Shown here in pieces: positions 44,752 to 53,297 of a stretch of 64,000 nt of DNA. The notes beneath the pieces are model-generated. The model did no database searches. It was not told where the DNA came from and worked only from the letters and a program-made list of their open reading frames with translations. This stretch comes from Minisyncoccota bacterium (GTDB taxonomy: Bacteria; Patescibacteriota; Minisyncoccia; Phycocordibacterales; JBAYGS01), in NCBI GenBank assembly GCA_041666545.1, contig JBAYGS010000001.1, forward strand, positions 21,805 through 85,804. Reading direction: 5' to 3'. The translations under genes and the position numbers were made by a program. Position 1 is the stretch's first letter, and the number at the start of each line of letters is the position of its first letter.

Positions 44752-44971
44752 AGGACCTTTCTATCGCTAGGAGCTGCGTCCAGCCTTACTGGGGCTGATC
44801 CGTTCCATAGTCGATTCTGTCACAATTATACACGATTTAAATATATTGTCAAGGTTAAAAATTGTCCATATTTTAAGCCAAAGTTGCCGGAAGCTTGACT
44901 TTTACGGCTATAAGTGCTATCATGCCAGCAGAATTTAGGGTTAGTAAAATAAATAAAAGGAAAGGCTTAGT

Positions 44972-45244
44972 ATGAAGCTCATCAAAGTGTTGGTGTTGCC
45001 CGTGGCGCTGGTTGCCTGCTGGTTTCTCTTTTTCTGGGCCGGTGTCCAGTATGATTTGTTTGTGAATGACGGCTGGCTTCTCGGCGCCTTTAAGAATTTT
45101 CATTGGTACGAGGCGTTGTCGAGTCGGCACTGCATGACATACCTCTACGTCTGTCACACCTCGCTCTGGACATTTTTCACTTTAGCCCTTGCCACATTTC
45201 TCGGTCTGCTATCAAGTTGGCGCATCGGCTTATTGAGCCGATAG
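44972..45244 (+). CDS. small membrane protein
   Basis: 90-aa hydrophobic ORF with AAAGGAAAGG SD and a TTGACT-17-TATCAT promoter at 44898-44926. Confidence 0.5.
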   Translation: MKLIKVLVLPVALVACWFLFFWAGVQYDLFVNDGWLLGAFKNFHWYEALSSRHCMTYLYVCHTSLWTFFTLALATFLGLLSSWRIGLLSR

Positions 45245-45298
45245 TGCCAGAGAAGGTTCTCGTAAGCTCGCTTCGACAAGGTTGTCGCAGCGAGTTTT

Positions 45299-45832
45299 TT
45301 ATTTTACATGTAGTGGCTGTCCGGCGACCATCAAAATGCCTTGGTGAGCCGCGGCCATAAATTTTTTGTTGACGGCACCGAGGATTTCTCTAAAATCACG
45401 ACTTTGCTTGCTGTCGGGAACCAGGCCACTTCCAACTTCATTTGAGACAATAATAAATTTCTTACAGGCCTTGTGGTTTTTGATAGCCTTAATAATTGAC
45501 TCAGTCTGGACTAATATTTGGTCTTTGTTTTTTCCACTAATCACCATTTGGGTGGAGACGAACATCGTGAGGCAATCAATAATTATCACTGGAGTTTTGG
45601 CTAGTTTAATCATTTTGAAAAGTGATTCGTTCTGTGTCTCAAGCGTAAGCCAGGACCGTGGTCGGGCCTTTTGGTGGGCGGCAATTTTGCTGGCCATCTC
45701 GGGATCTGAAGCGGTGGCTGTTGCAATCAGAGTTACGGGCTTACCGGATTTTATCGCCAACTGTTGGGCGTAGGTAGACTTGCCGCTCGCGGCACCACCG
45801 ATAATAAAAATAATTTTAGTCAGTTTCTTCAT
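45299..45832 (-). CDS. cobU: adenosylcobinamide kinase / adenosylcobinamide-phosphate guanylyltransferase
   Basis: P-loop IIGGAASGKS and CobU/CobP family length (177 aa). Lies in a cobU-cobC-cobS arrangement. Confidence 0.8.
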   Translation of the reverse strand: MKKLTKIIFIIGGAASGKSTYAQQLAIKSGKPVTLIATATASDPEMASKIAAHQKARPRSWLTLETQNESLFKMIKLAKTPVIIIDCLTMFVSTQMVISGKNKDQILVQTESIIKAIKNHKACKKFIIVSNEVGSGLVPDSKQSRDFREILGAVNKKFMAAAHQGILMVAGQPLHVK

Positions 45833-45835
45833 AAT

Positions 45836-46495
45836 TTAGATTTTACAATTTAGACATTCGATAACGCGACTCTTTTTATAAACCTCGACAATCGAAATGC
45901 TCCCATAGTGGAGCCCAATCTGCCAAAATGATTTTGTTGGCCAGCCAAGCAGGGCACAAAGAATTATTCTGATTGTCCCGCCATGAGCGACAGTTAAAAC
46001 AGTCTGGTTCTTATTTTTAGCGATAAATTTATTTAGCCATTTCCTGACTCTGATTTGAAACGACCCGAATGATTCGCCTTCAGGGAAGGTTATACTGGCG
46101 CTTTGTGATAGGTATGCTTTATAAACTTCAGGGAATTTGTCGGCCACCTCTCCAAAGGTTAGCCCTTCGCAAAGGCCAAAGCTTATCTCCTTTAAGCCAT
46201 TTTCGAACTGTGCCGAACTCTCCCCATTAGCCGAGGCGATTATCTCTGCGGTGGCGTAAGCTCGCTTTAGCGGACTGGTGATAATTTGGTCGATTTTTTG
46301 CTTACTAAAATGTTTGGCCAATTTTTGGGCCAGGGTTAAACCTTCCTTACTTAGGTCGATGTCAGTCTGGCCGAGTAGTCGATGGTCATGACTATTATTT
46401 TCCGGATTTTTGATATCCTGCCAGATGGTCTCTGGGTGTCGGACCAGAATAAGCCTAAGAGCACCTGACCTACTCGTTTTTATTTTGCTAGCCAT
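45836..46495 (-). CDS. cobC: histidine phosphatase family protein (alpha-ribazole phosphatase-like)
   Basis: RHG motif (LILVRHPET) of the phosphoglycerate-mutase/histidine-phosphatase family, between cobU and cobS. Confidence 0.7.
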   Translation of the reverse strand: MASKIKTSRSGALRLILVRHPETIWQDIKNPENNSHDHRLLGQTDIDLSKEGLTLAQKLAKHFSKQKIDQIITSPLKRAYATAEIIASANGESSAQFENGLKEISFGLCEGLTFGEVADKFPEVYKAYLSQSASITFPEGESFGSFQIRVRKWLNKFIAKNKNQTVLTVAHGGTIRIILCALLGWPTKSFWQIGLHYGSISIVEVYKKSRVIECLNCKI

Positions 46496-46509
46496 AAGAT
46501 GTTTTGAAA

Positions 46510-47241
46510 TTAATTGAGTGACAAATAAATTGTAGCGACCAATTCGCTAATTACAATAAGGCAACCACAGATGTCTCCATTAATACCGCCCAGCAATCGC
46601 TTGGCAAGATAGCTGATTGCTAAGGCGGTGCCGAAAGTAATTAGAATTACGCCGATTACCTGTTGGCCAACCAAAAGATACCCCAGCCAGAGACTATAAA
46701 AAATGGCGATCAGGTAAAGGAAAAGGCTTCTTTCAAATACTCGACCAAGGCTCAACTCGTTGGCATAAGGGGACCACAACATCGGCCCAAGCACCGTAAG
46801 TCGCGAGAACAGGCCGACGGCCCCGAGGGTGGGAACCAGCCGATAGATTGGTATATTGGCGGTAAATTGTATCTGCAATAAAATCGTGCAGATTAAGGCC
46901 AAAGTTGCGAAGCTTCCGATGTGAGAATCTTTCATTATCCTCAGACGTTCCTCCTTATTTGACCCACCAAATAAACCATCGACGGTGTCGGCCAGGCCAT
47001 CGTAGTGAAAACCTCGGGTAATCAGGATCGACGCTGTGATGGTCAGTGTAGCCGAGACAAGTTTTGTCAGGTGTAAATAAAGATATGCGATTTCAAAAAC
47101 AGTTCCAATTACGGCACCGACTAATAATCCGACGAGAGGGAACCAAATCCAGGAAAATTTTAAATGTTCCATGTCACCAGTCCGAGGTGTGCTGGCAGGG
47201 AAGATAGTCAGAAAACTTATGGCACTAAATAATGATTTCAT
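46510..47241 (-). CDS. cobS: adenosylcobinamide-GDP ribazoletransferase (cobalamin synthase)
   Basis: Polytopic membrane protein with CobS family motifs (..FHYDGLADTVDGLFGG..). Confidence 0.8.
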   Translation of the reverse strand: MKSLFSAISFLTIFPASTPRTGDMEHLKFSWIWFPLVGLLVGAVIGTVFEIAYLYLHLTKLVSATLTITASILITRGFHYDGLADTVDGLFGGSNKEERLRIMKDSHIGSFATLALICTILLQIQFTANIPIYRLVPTLGAVGLFSRLTVLGPMLWSPYANELSLGRVFERSLFLYLIAIFYSLWLGYLLVGQQVIGVILITFGTALAISYLAKRLLGGINGDICGCLIVISELVATIYLSLN

Positions 47242-47525
47242 TTTGTAAAAAATAAAAACCTATGCGGGCGCATAAGTTTCCAAAATGATTGGGCTTTATG
47301 CGAGCGGGCACGAGAGCTTCCTGCTCCTGCCTGTTTTGGATCGGACTTGCCATGTTGGCTTACCGTTGCGCATACAGCGAAGGAATTTCACCTTCTTCAC
47401 AAAACAGCGTGCTTAGGGAGTATAGCATGTTTGATAAAGGAAATCAGAGGTTCTGGGCGGGGTCGAAATCTAGAACGGTAGCACATCATTAGTTGGAAAA
47501 TCGTCTGTAGAAGAGAAGTTGTAAT

Positions 47526-48185
47526 TTGAACATGCTTCTGTATAATTTGCTTATGAAGGATTCTCTAGAAAATCAGGTTGGGAAATTTCGTCGCGAAGAA
47601 GGCTTCCAGAATTCCAACGATATATACGATCTTACTGGTCTAAACGAGAGTGCGAAGGGACCAGAAAGAATGGAGTTGTTACAGGTTGCCACTGATTTTA
47701 CTGCAGATATGCAAAAACTTTTAAAGAATCGACTTGACGCACTTATGGCTGAAGTTGAGACGCAGAAGGCGACTACGCCCATTCCTCCGGCAATTTTGGC
47801 CTACATGGAAAAGACTGAAATGAATCTCGCGCAATTTTCGATGTTTTGGGGAGATCGGGCTGTTTCAAAAACCATAGAATACGGCCTGGATGAAATGAAG
47901 GATGAAAATGGCTTAATGATTATTTTTAATTTACCCAAACCAATCGGGCAGTTTTGGTGGAAAGGCGGGGCAGGTTTATGGGGAGAAGAAGCGATTGATG
48001 TTGATGGAAGGGTAATTGAGTGGGGATTTCTTTACAGGAAACTTATGGAGACGGTTTGGGAGACAATCGGCTATTATGAATCTGAAACTTCTCTTAATCT
48101 GCGTCGTCTTAATGCTATAGGTGATCATGACCCTAAAAATTTTTACTATGTTTGGGAGGTTTCGTTACGACAGGATACAGTCTAG
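47526..48185 (+). CDS. hypothetical protein (low GC)
   Basis: 219-aa ORF with no recognisable family; start uncertain. Confidence 0.5.
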   Translation: MNMLLYNLLMKDSLENQVGKFRREEGFQNSNDIYDLTGLNESAKGPERMELLQVATDFTADMQKLLKNRLDALMAEVETQKATTPIPPAILAYMEKTEMNLAQFSMFWGDRAVSKTIEYGLDEMKDENGLMIIFNLPKPIGQFWWKGGAGLWGEEAIDVDGRVIEWGFLYRKLMETVWETIGYYESETSLNLRRLNAIGDHDPKNFYYVWEVSLRQDTV

Positions 48186-48360
48186 AAACAAAAAATGGAA
48201 CACTAGCGTGTACAGAATAGCGTGGGCCACAATAATTCATTTTCCGTCGAAAGTGAATTTTCCAGCCCCGGACTCAGCTGTTTTTCTTGCTAGAAAAACA
48301 TGCTTCCGTCTTCACATATAGCAGAAAAGACTGAAGCAGTTCAGTCTTTTCTGTGTCATG

Positions 48361-48432
48361 TGACCCTACGGGGAGTCGAACCCCGATTACAGCCTTGAGA
48401 AGGCCGTGTCCTAACCATTAGACGATAGGGCC
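48361..48432 (-). tRNA. tRNA-Glu (anticodon CTC)
   Basis: Minus-strand sequence GGCCCTATCGTCTAATGGTTAGGACACGGCCTTCTCAAGGCTGTAATCGGGGTTCGACTCCCCGTAGGGTCA folds as a cloverleaf. D-stem GTCT/GGAC, anticodon loop TTCTCAA, T-arm CGGGG-TTCGACT-CCCCG. CCA not encoded. Confidence 0.85.
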
Positions 48433-48578
48433 AATATTTTGTTGAATGCAAACAATTTCCCCGAATTTACCTCCTTACAGGAGCAGTACACCCTGTCGAT
48501 ATTTTTCTCGTGATTACACTCAAAAATATCTGTCAGGGTCTTGCGGAATGGGTCCCAACCCATTCCTCACCTCTCGAA

Positions 48579-48612
48579 GGCCGTGTCCTAACCATTAGAC
48601 GATAGGGCCAGC
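48579..48612 (-). pseudogene. duplicated 5' half (34 nt) of tRNA-Glu, no 3' half
   Basis: GGCCCTATCGTCTAATGGTTAGGACACGGCCTTC is identical to positions 1-34 of the tRNA 146 nt away. It diverges exactly in the anticodon loop. Confidence 0.6.
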
Positions 48613-48842
48613 ATTTAGCCCCGACGCTTTGTCTGACAAAGGTCGGGGTCCCGACTTCCGACGTCGGGATTGGTAGTGGGTAGTTTGTAGTTAAGGATTG
48701 AGAAAAGACAGAGCTAACTACAACACAGAGAGCATAGCATTTTTTGTAGAAATGACAATAAATCTTGGGCTGGTACAGGGCTTTCCACCTTACTTAACTA
48801 AAGTCCAACATCATTATTCCATAATTTTGCTATAATAAAATA

Positions 48843-49670
48843 ATGGATGAAAAAAGTTATAGTCCGGAGGAGATTGCTTCACTATCTAAGAAGCGTTCCG
48901 AAAACGAAAGTCCTAAGCGTTTCGTTTTGTCTCGCGAAAAATTTTTAACCAATCGTCTCGAAGCAGTGAAGGCCGAGGTTGCTGACATGCAAAAAAAATT
49001 TCCCGAAGTACTTTCCTTTTGCATGTTTGGCTCGATGGTCAAAGGCATGGCGCATGAAGGAAGTGACATTGATGGATATTTGTATATTGATTCGGCTCAA
49101 GTGGCGAAGGGGGAGGGTATCTCGGAGGAGCAGGTTCTCGAAAACAGTGTCACATTAAACCAGACCTATTTGACTCAGGAGGTTGCCAAAAAGTATATTC
49201 TTGAATTTAGAGCGGGTGTTAGAGAAAGAACCGGACTTGAAGATAAGGATGTCGAGCATATTCGTAGTCGACCCATTTCGGAGAAAGTGATAGATATGGA
49301 GATTGCAAGATTGCTCGCCTTTTACAAAGCTCGTGAGGAATATGACGCAAAGGTTAAGGGGTGGGCAGATAGTCGGCCACCGCGTGGTAGTAGCGTTGAT
49401 GATCTCGTGGCCTATGAGAAAGCTCGACCGATTTATCCAAGTTATGTTGCACCAAGTCTTGGCGATATGTTTCATCTGGATGTTGGTGGGGGAGTGAAAA
49501 AGTATCGAAAAATTTTCATTGAAAGGTTGAATGAACTTGGCCCGTCAGGTGAAAAAATTTGGGAAGATACAATTCGGTCGGCGGAAATGATTGAAAATAA
49601 TTTGTCTACTGCGCCAAATAAACGCTACCCACGGACTTTGGTAGCGGCGCGCGCCGTTTATGCTTCCTAG
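48843..49670 (+). CDS. nucleotidyltransferase (minimal NTase, pol-beta superfamily)
   Basis: NTase signature FCMFGSMVKGMAHEGSDIDGYLYID. Same motif family as the C-terminus of the 645-aa protein at 14098..16035. Confidence 0.7.
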   Translation: MDEKSYSPEEIASLSKKRSENESPKRFVLSREKFLTNRLEAVKAEVADMQKKFPEVLSFCMFGSMVKGMAHEGSDIDGYLYIDSAQVAKGEGISEEQVLENSVTLNQTYLTQEVAKKYILEFRAGVRERTGLEDKDVEHIRSRPISEKVIDMEIARLLAFYKAREEYDAKVKGWADSRPPRGSSVDDLVAYEKARPIYPSYVAPSLGDMFHLDVGGGVKKYRKIFIERLNELGPSGEKIWEDTIRSAEMIENNLSTAPNKRYPRTLVAARAVYAS

Positions 49671-49899
49671 GTTTCGAGAGGGGTCTTGGGCTGAAAATTA
49701 ATTTTTGAATATCAATGCCGTTCCACTTTACTTGACTAAAGTGGAACGGGGGGGGATGTTTGTTTGAGTAGGGGAATCGTGTGTCGGCCCAGAATTCAGG
49801 CCTTTACAGAGCGGTTTAGGAGAGATTGACAATGGCATGAGGAAATGCTATAATTGAAACAGAAGTTCGAAATCAAAAAGCAAAAACGAAAGGAAAATT

Positions 49900-50694
49900 G
49901 TGAGTCCTACATGTACGCAAACGATCGCCGGGAAAATCCCAGCCGGAATGATTACCCTCAGTGAAAAGGACGCCCGAAAGGCCAAAACGCTTACCGACAA
50001 CACCTGGATGGTTCCCGGTAAAGGTATCTTCCATGTTTACTCAGGTGGGCGCGCGGTCCGTCTCCAGGTGAAATCCTTCTCGTTCTCCGATTTTTCGCGG
50101 AACGAGGGCTGGATGTCCTACCAATCCGCGGATGGAGTGGTTCAGGTTGGCCTTAGTGTGCGCTTCGACATTTCGGGGCGGACGCTTAGGCTCGGCCCCG
50201 TCAGTTGGGGTTGCTGGACCGAGGCCGATCGCAAGATCATCACGGCCTCAATCGAAAAGGCCGGCTTCCGGCTGGTGGTTAGGCGGGACCCGTTCCCGTT
50301 TGCCATCGGTGCAGCGATTATCGCCGTCGTGCTGACCGCGGCCAGTTTCGGTTGGTCCAATCACATCATCTGGCAGTCGGCCGTGGAAGCGGCATCAGTC
50401 ACCCCTGTTGCGGACGACACCTTCGTGGTGCAGTCTCCGATAGGGAATTTGACGGTCCAGACAGTGGCCGGAGAACTGAAAGTTCAGCCGACCGGGGAAT
50501 TGGCCGAAGGCCGGTTCTGCAATTCCGGCGGCCTGCATGATGATGTTGGCAAGTTCATCTTGGCCATTGCCACGGCTGGCAAAGCCTTCCCCGAAGTGAA
50601 GGGCAAAGGGCTTGAGATGGTGAGCGTCCGGCACAGTAGCCGGGTGGGCGGTAAGGTGAACATCGAGAGCATCACGCTCTCGATCAAACCTTAG
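49900..50694 (+). CDS. hypothetical protein (GC-rich; GTG start)
   Basis: 264-aa ORF; GTG at 49900 follows GAAAGGAAAATT SD. One internal TM segment. Strong terminator at 50711-50744. Confidence 0.55.
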   Translation: MSPTCTQTIAGKIPAGMITLSEKDARKAKTLTDNTWMVPGKGIFHVYSGGRAVRLQVKSFSFSDFSRNEGWMSYQSADGVVQVGLSVRFDISGRTLRLGPVSWGCWTEADRKIITASIEKAGFRLVVRRDPFPFAIGAAIIAVVLTAASFGWSNHIIWQSAVEAASVTPVADDTFVVQSPIGNLTVQTVAGELKVQPTGELAEGRFCNSGGLHDDVGKFILAIATAGKAFPEVKGKGLEMVSVRHSSRVGGKVNIESITLSIKP

Positions 50695-50855
50695 CCCAGT
50701 CGCGTTACATACCGCGGTCGTCGAAAGATGACCGCGGTTTTTTAATTTTCAAATCCTTGACAAGTGGTTGTAGATGTGTATATTTATAGGAGAACTGTTT
50801 TAGAAAAAACCAAGGCTAAAGCACTCGCGTGCTCGGCCAAGAAGGAAAGGAATTT

Positions 50856-51444
50856 TGTGGACATCAAGTTTATTCTGATCTGCGCCGGCAGTCTGATCGC
50901 GCTCCTGCTTTACTATCCGCTCGTCAAGGGAATTTTGAAGGGCACAGTCGAGCAAAGTTTCGCCACCTGGATTCTCTGGGTGGCGCTCGATGTGATTCTG
51001 CTTGTTGCTACCGTGATTCAGCACGGCAACTTTGCTCTTGTGGCATGCTACTGCTTCGGTGGCACACTGGTCACCAGTACTCTGATCTACAAGAGGCAAT
51101 TTAATTGGTCGTGGTTTGAAAGTAGCATTTTGGCAATGGTCGTTGTTTGTCTCATCGTCTGGTATCTAAATGGCCCCAAGGCCACCACGGTTGCTAGCAC
51201 GATTGCAGTTGCTATCTCCGGACTGCCGCAGCTTCGGAATGCTTGGCTTAGGCCGGATCGCCAGATGGCCATGATTTACTTCGGCTATGTTTTGGCTAAT
51301 GGTCTCTCCTGTATGGGAGGTAAAGCCTGGACGGTCGAAGACCGACTTTATTACGGAGTCTGTACCATTCTCTGCGCCATCATCACAATCGTGGCATTTC
51401 GCAAGCCGACAGCAGCTTCTGTATCGGCAATAACGACAAGCTGA
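50856..51444 (+). CDS. polytopic membrane protein
   Basis: TTGACA-16-TATATT promoter at 50757-50785 puts the transcription start downstream of the ORF-track start. GTG at 50856 follows GAAAGGAATTTT SD. Five to six TM helices. Confidence 0.55.
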
Positions 51445-51538
51445 ATTTCTGCCACACTTCACACCACCCCTCGCAAGAGAGGTGGTTTTTAATTTAAAAG
51501 CCCGCCAACTCCGAGTTGGCGGGCAGTAGGGATTGCTA

Positions 51539-52591
51539 TTAGTGCTTCGCTTTAAACTTTGTGTACCACCTCGCGTGGGCTTTCATTGCCTCAATTTGCA
51601 TCGCCTCAACCTCTGTCTTGTCTGTAAATATGTCAAGCAAATCTTGAAGCGCATTTTTCGACTCGATAAGGTCGTCTTCATTTTTGAACGGCGAGCCAAG
51701 GCTGTGCAGTCTGCGCCAGGAATTTCGAACGGAAATCCTGATTGCCTCTCGGGTGACGGCGGGGTTGCAGGTTTCCCCGACATATTCAAGCGTGGTCGGT
51801 ACTCCAGAATTTGTGAGCCCCGCCTTAAGCTCAAGTCGACGAACTGATTCGGGTTCTTCGGCCCGCCGATATTCAAGCACAGTATTAAACCGCAACCAGC
51901 CAGAATAAAGCTCGACAAATTCTTCCTTGGCAATTAATCGGCTTGACGGTGACAGCGTCGACTGGTCCGCGACCAAGTCGTATCCGTCCAAAGGATAATG
52001 AGGATAATCGTCAGAGTCAGAATTGGCCGCGGCGATTTCCTGGTCGAGACTATCCTCACCCTGAAGAATGGCAAGCATCAGGAGCCACTTCATTCGGCTA
52101 ACCGGGACATTTTCGACAATCTCATCGTGGGTCGGCGCTCGTCCGAGTTTCTGCCAGACTTCCGTGATGACCTCGGAGTATCGCCTCGCCGCTTCATAGA
52201 TATACACTGGAATTCGCACATTTCGCCCATGAGCTCGGATGAAGCTTCGACATCGGTTGATGATCCACGGCTTCGCATAGGTCGAAATCCGAAAGCCTTT
52301 TTCGGGTTCAAATTGTACGACCGAGTGCGTGAGGGCAAGATTGCTCTCCTGGATTAGGTCGAGCCATGCACAATTTCCGGCGGAGAATTCCAGGGCAATT
52401 ACGACAGCAAGGCGCAAATTGGTTTCGATCATTCTGTGTTTTGCGGCAAGGTCGCCGGCTGCAGCCTGGTGGGACCATGTCGCGATTTGCTCTTGGGTGG
52501 CCGGGGCGTACCTCGCATCGGTCAGCTGGTCGCGATAGATTTTCAACGCAGAATCATTCCATTTGGAGTTCTTAGTGGTGTTGGCACCCAT
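51539..52591 (-). CDS. sigma-70 family RNA polymerase sigma factor (RpoD-like)
   Basis: Region 2 (..NLRLAVVIALEF.. ..DLIQESNLALTHSVVQFEPEKGFRISTYAKPWIINRCRSFIRA) and a region-4 HTH near the C-terminus. Start at ATG 52591 with AAAGAAAGG SD. Confidence 0.8.
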   Translation of the reverse strand: MGANTTKNSKWNDSALKIYRDQLTDARYAPATQEQIATWSHQAAAGDLAAKHRMIETNLRLAVVIALEFSAGNCAWLDLIQESNLALTHSVVQFEPEKGFRISTYAKPWIINRCRSFIRAHGRNVRIPVYIYEAARRYSEVITEVWQKLGRAPTHDEIVENVPVSRMKWLLMLAILQGEDSLDQEIAAANSDSDDYPHYPLDGYDLVADQSTLSPSSRLIAKEEFVELYSGWLRFNTVLEYRRAEEPESVRRLELKAGLTNSGVPTTLEYVGETCNPAVTREAIRISVRNSWRRLHSLGSPFKNEDDLIESKNALQDLLDIFTDKTEVEAMQIEAMKAHARWYTKFKAKH

Positions 52592-52799
52592 AACAGCCTT
52601 TCTTTGAGTATTTTCTATTGAAACAATACTGATTTGAGCCACTGTGTCAACTGGTGAATGCGGGTGATTGGTTGGGGGTGATTTTGTCAGAAGGACAAAT
52701 CAAGAGATTGCCTTGTGTCGGCGTGGCCTACGCTGGGTCACTCTGGTCTAAGTGAAGACTCTGATTTCGAGTTGACTTGCTGTAATTTTTGAGTAGTAT

Positions 52800-53093
52800 G
52801 TAAAAGGATCAATGATGAAGCCTTCGTTTCGGAGGGAAGCATTTCGGTGCTTCAGGAATTCGTGGGTGCGGGCCTTCCGTTGTCCGTGGTCATCTCTCTC
52901 AGCAAAGCCGATAAGCGTCGGAGCCGTCTAATAGACTAAGAACGTTTCAGGAGCGGCACAGGGCGCTTCCTGCCGAATGGTGGCCGGACAAAGACTTAAC
53001 CGTCCTAGAGGCTATCAGGCTGAATTCCCTGTCTACGGGGTCTGGCTGAGCATCAGAAATCCAACGAACCTGCGCCGGTGCCGCAGGTTTTTA
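52800..53093 (+). ncRNA. possible ncRNA in a 650-bp ORF-free region, ending at an intrinsic terminator
   Basis: No ORF from 52643 to 53297. Terminator cctgcg-ccggtgc-cgcagg-TTTTT at 53068-53093. Possible TTGACT/TAGTAT promoter near 52774-52801. Family not identified. Confidence 0.2.
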
Positions 53094-53297
53094 ATTTGCT
53101 TTTTCTGTGTTGTCTAGTATGATTCACACCATCACCCTAGGGCTTGTCCCTGGGGCCGGACTGCTATCTGCAGAACAAAATGTAAATTGGAAATCTCAAA
53201 ATGGAAAATTACAAATTAAGATAATGTCATGTCGAGTAATATTATAAATTTTACATTTTCATTTTACACTTTTACTTTTCAATTTTAAATTAAAATT

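Noticed and set aside
48541-48612. Second tRNA-Glu gene
   Set aside because: Only the 5' 34 nt match. The downstream sequence cannot form an anticodon stem, T-arm or acceptor 3' strand, so it was called a fragment, not a gene.
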